From contig NZ_OZ060402.1 in the NCBI RefSeq assembly GCF_964059045.1, positions 330,001 to 362,000 on the forward strand: a DNA stretch of 32,000 nucleotides. The letters run 5' to 3'. The notes beneath the pieces were generated by a model that was not told where the DNA came from, searched no databases, and was given only the letters and a program-made list of their open reading frames with translations. Below, in pieces: positions 29,203 through 32,000 of the stretch. How positions within the stretch are numbered: position 1 is the stretch's first letter; the number at the start of each line of letters is the position of its first letter. Source of the stretch: Candidatus Saccharimonadota bacterium. Lineage in GTDB: Bacteria; Pseudomonadota; Gammaproteobacteria; Enterobacterales; Enterobacteriaceae. A program made the translations under genes and the position numbers.

Positions 29203-29354
29203 ATTTTATTATTTTTTTAAAAAATTATTTTTGAAAAAGTAGAATACTAATAATATGCTCTCTAGTAATATAATTTTAAAAAATTACATTACTAGAGAGC
29301 ATATTATTAGTATTCTACTTTTTCAAAAATAATTTTTTAAAAAAATAATAAAAT
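29203..29354. repeat. 152-bp near-perfect palindrome in the rne-rluC divergent spacer
   Basis: Verified base by base. 29203-29277 is the reverse complement of 29280-29354 with a single mismatch (A29270 opposite C29287). That gives 67 perfect bp, one mismatch, then 7 bp, with a 2-nt apex. Confidence 0.9.
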
Positions 29355-29615
29355 TTATCTTTTTAAATTATATAAAATATTAAATATCAATAATAACATT
29401 ATTTATTAACCAAATAAGAATTGTTAATATTTTTTATTAATCAATTGATTTTTTTCAATAAAAATATTGCAATAATTAATTAAATTTTAAATTTGACTTA
29501 AATTAATTAATTGAATATTATAAAAGACATATTGTAAAATATTTATATTAAAAACAATACTAAAATGAAAATTTTTTATTTGAAATATACATATTTTTAT
29601 AAAAATTAAATATAT

Positions 29616-30572
29616 ATGAAAAAAATAACTAGTAAAGTAGTTTTTATAAATGTTACTGAAGATATGACACCACAAAGAATTGATAATTATTTATTTTCTA
29701 AATATAAAAAAATACCAAAAGATATGGTTTATAAAATTTTAAGAAAAGGTAGAATTAGAATTAATAAAAAAAGAATACTACCAAGTTATAAATTAAAAAA
29801 AGGAGATATTATTCGCATTCCTCCTATTCAAACCAATGATATAAAAACATATCCAAAAATAATAAACAATCATGAAATAATAAAATTATCAAATCAAATC
29901 TTATTTGAAGATGATTATTTAATTATTATTAATAAACCATCTGGAATTGCAGTACATGGAGGCAGTGGTGTGAGTAATGGAGTTATAGAAAAATTTAGAT
30001 TATTAAGACCTGATTCAAAAAAATTAGAATTAGTACACAGAATTGATAAAGAAACTTCTGGAATTTTAATTATCTCTAAAAAACATTTTGCTTTAAAAGA
30101 ATTACATCAACAATTAAGAGAAAAAAAAATAAAAAAAAAATACATTACATTTGTTCATGGTCAATGGCCATATAATACTAAAATAATAAAAGTCCCTTTA
30201 TTAAAAAAAAAGGGTATCTCAACAATGAATAAAAACCAAGTATATGTAAATAATTCCGGAAAAATTTCAGAAACATATTTTAAAATTATAAAAAATTATC
30301 CAAAAACTACTCTAATTTCTGCTTTTCCAAAAACTGGACGTACTCATCAAATTCGCGTACATGCTTTACATGCAGGCCATCCAATAGTATTTGATCATCG
30401 ATATGGTTCCAGTCAGTTAGATTTAGAAATCAATAAAAACAATCATTTATCTAAAAGATTATTATTACATGCACAAAGTATAACGTTTATACATCCTTAT
30501 TCAAAAAAAAAAATGTATATAGAAGCTCCATTAGATCATACATTTAAACAATGTTTTGATCTATTTAATTAA
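29616..30572 (+). CDS. rluC: 23S rRNA pseudouridine synthase RluC
   Basis: The 318-aa ORF has an S4-like N-terminus (QRIDNYL...YKILRKGRIRINKKR) and the catalytic HRIDKETSGILII. TGRTHQIRVHALHAGHPIVFDHRYG is also present. It is collinear with E. coli RluC and divergent from rne, as in E. coli. Confidence 0.92.
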   Translation: MKKITSKVVFINVTEDMTPQRIDNYLFSKYKKIPKDMVYKILRKGRIRINKKRILPSYKLKKGDIIRIPPIQTNDIKTYPKIINNHEIIKLSNQILFEDDYLIIINKPSGIAVHGGSGVSNGVIEKFRLLRPDSKKLELVHRIDKETSGILIISKKHFALKELHQQLREKKIKKKYITFVHGQWPYNTKIIKVPLLKKKGISTMNKNQVYVNNSGKISETYFKIIKNYPKTTLISAFPKTGRTHQIRVHALHAGHPIVFDHRYGSSQLDLEINKNNHLSKRLLLHAQSITFIHPYSKKKMYIEAPLDHTFKQCFDLFN

Positions 30573-30625
30573 AATGGATATGATTGAAATTCTTATAATA
30601 TTATTTACTTATTTCAGGGGGAAAA

Positions 30626-30796
30626 ATGGCTGTTCAAAAAAATAAACCTACTAGATCAAAAAGAGGAATGCGAAGATCACATGATTCTATTCAATTACCA
30701 ACATTATCTATAGATAAAAAATCTGGTGAAATTCATCGCAGACATCATATAACTCAAAAAGGATATTATAAAGGTAAGAAAGTTATTGAAAAATAA
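30626..30796 (+). CDS. rpmF: 50S ribosomal protein L32
   Basis: This ORF is not in the supplied track because it is only 56 aa. I translated it manually as [76 protein letters not shown] is the canonical L32 N-terminus. GGGGGA lies upstream of the ATG. Confidence 0.93.
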   Translation: MAVQKNKPTRSKRGMRRSHDSIQLPTLSIDKKSGEIHRRHHITQKGYYKGKKVIEK

Positions 30797-30951
30797 TTTA
30801 ATAAAATTTATATATATATTTATTAAGATATATAAAATTTATGCAAAAAAAAATATATAAAAATATTTTATATATTAATATAAAAAATAATTTTTTAATA
30901 TTCATTTTTATAAATATTATAAAAGTATGATTTTATCAAAGGACACTTAAT

Positions 30952-31893
30952 ATGACTTTTGCAATGATTTTTCCAGGACAAGGGTCACATAATTTTGATT
31001 TGTTAAAAAAAATATCATTATATAATTCTATAATTAAAAAAACGTTTGATGAAGCTTCTTATTATATCAATTTTAATTTATGGAAATTAATCCAGAAAAA
31101 AAATTTAGATATAATGAATTATAATAAATATATTCAAGCAATAATATTAACTACTTCCGTATCTATTTATAGATTATGGAAAAAAAAAATAAAAATAAAT
31201 CCAAATATAGTAGCTGGTCATAGTCTAGGTGAATATTCTGCTTTAGTATGTGCAAAATGTATTCATTTTTGTGATGGATTAAAAATAGTAATGATTAGAA
31301 ATCAACTAATGAAAGATGCTATGATTAGAAAACCAGGAAGAATGATCGCTATAATTGGTTTAAAAATAAATATCATAAAAAATATATGTTATAAATTTTC
31401 AAAACAAGAAATAGTTTCTATAGCATGTATTAATTCTGAATTAGAAGTTGTGATTTCAGGAAACAAAAAAAGTGTACAATTAGCTGGAGAAGAGTGCAAA
31501 AAATATGGTGCTAAAGCAATATTTAAATTATCTATGCACATTGCTTCACATTGCCAATTAATGAAATCTGCCGCAATTAAGTTATTGGATGTAATAAAAA
31601 AAATAATATTCCATAAACCATTATTTCCAATAATCAACAATATTGCAGTTAAGTGTGAAACCTCTGGTGAAAAAATTAAAATTGCTTTAATAAAACAATT
31701 ATATCAACCTGTTTTCTGGAAACAAACAATTGAATATATTATTTCCAAAAAAATACCATTAATATTAGAAATAGGTATAAGTAACGTTTTAACTAATTTA
31801 AATAAAAACTTAATAAATATACTTTCTATATCTTTATCAAATCAAAACAATTTTTTAAAAGCAAAAAAATATCTAAAAAAGGAGAATTATTAA
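30952..31893 (+). CDS. fabD: Malonyl-CoA:ACP transacylase FabD
   Basis: The 313-aa ORF contains FPGQGSH, the active-site GHSLGEYSALV, and VKCETSGEKIKIALIKQLYQPVFW, which aligns with E. coli VKCETNGDAIRDALVRQLYNPVQW. AAGGA lies upstream of the ATG. Confidence 0.92.
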   Translation: MTFAMIFPGQGSHNFDLLKKISLYNSIIKKTFDEASYYINFNLWKLIQKKNLDIMNYNKYIQAIILTTSVSIYRLWKKKIKINPNIVAGHSLGEYSALVCAKCIHFCDGLKIVMIRNQLMKDAMIRKPGRMIAIIGLKINIIKNICYKFSKQEIVSIACINSELEVVISGNKKSVQLAGEECKKYGAKAIFKLSMHIASHCQLMKSAAIKLLDVIKKIIFHKPLFPIINNIAVKCETSGEKIKIALIKQLYQPVFWKQTIEYIISKKIPLILEIGISNVLTNLNKNLINILSISLSNQNNFLKAKKYLKKENY

Positions 31894-31894
31894 A

Positions 31895-32000
31895 TTGAAA
31901 AACAACATTGCTTTAGTTACAGGAGCAAATAGAGGAATTGGCAAAGTTATAGCAGAAAAACTAAAAAAAAAGTAAAAATGGTTATTGGAACAGCTACTAC
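31895..32000 (+). pseudogene. fabG: 3-oxoacyl-ACP reductase FabG, 5' end, reading frame broken in an A9 tract (partial at window edge)
   Basis: The TTG start at 31895 has GGAG 10 nt upstream. It encodes LKNNIALVTGANRGIGKVIAEKLKKK and then TAA at 31973. The continuation VKMVIGTATT (E. coli AKVIGTATS) is in the +2 frame from 31972. One extra A in the A9 run (31963-31971) would give AEKLKKKVKMVIGTATT, which aligns without gaps to E. coli AETLAARGAKVIGTATS. Confidence 0.7.

Noticed and set aside
29487-29675. 62-aa ORF on the - strand overlapping the rluC start
   Set aside because: It lies in the promoter and 5' end of rluC, gives an F/I/N/Y low-complexity product, and has no RBS or homology.
31389-31640. 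83-aa ORF antisense to fabD
   Set aside because: It is a shadow ORF within a conserved CDS.

Overview
This window is extremely AT-rich (about 80% A+T by eye) and uses the standard code, since flgI ends in TGA. Gene content and order match a reduced gammaproteobacterial insect endosymbiont, most like Buchnera aphidicola. That assignment comes from recalled synteny and E. coli orthologue sequences, not from a search.

The order is aspS, pykA(-), zwf, htpX, cspC, yoaE, tsaB, minEDC(-), rsmC, tRNA-Leu/Cys(-), tRNA-Ser, ompA(-), flgA(-), flgBC, flgEFGHIJK, rne(-), rluC, rpmF, fabD, fabG. About a fifth of the window is non-coding, in AT-rich spacers up to about 950 bp.

I see no mobile elements, CRISPR, defence or toxin cassettes, and no novel multi-gene system. 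The genes themselves are ordinary endosymbiont housekeeping genes plus a filament-less flagellar basal-body cluster.

The features that gene content does not explain are:
- A set of unusually long, near-perfect palindromes with unrelated sequences: 152 bp upstream of rne, 101 bp starting in the htpX stop codon, and an overlapping, mutually exclusive hairpin pair after cspC.
- A frameshift in fabG inside an A9 tract, which reads through if the tract is A10.
- Erosion of the flagellar cluster: flgD, flgL and flgM/N are absent, flgJ is reduced to its rod-binding domain, and the flgK N-terminus is replaced by acidic repeats.
- An RNase E whose C-terminal half is low-complexity and full of homopolymers, yet keeps a recognisable terminal micro-motif.
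- A 30-bp tandem repeat that replaces the OmpA hinge.
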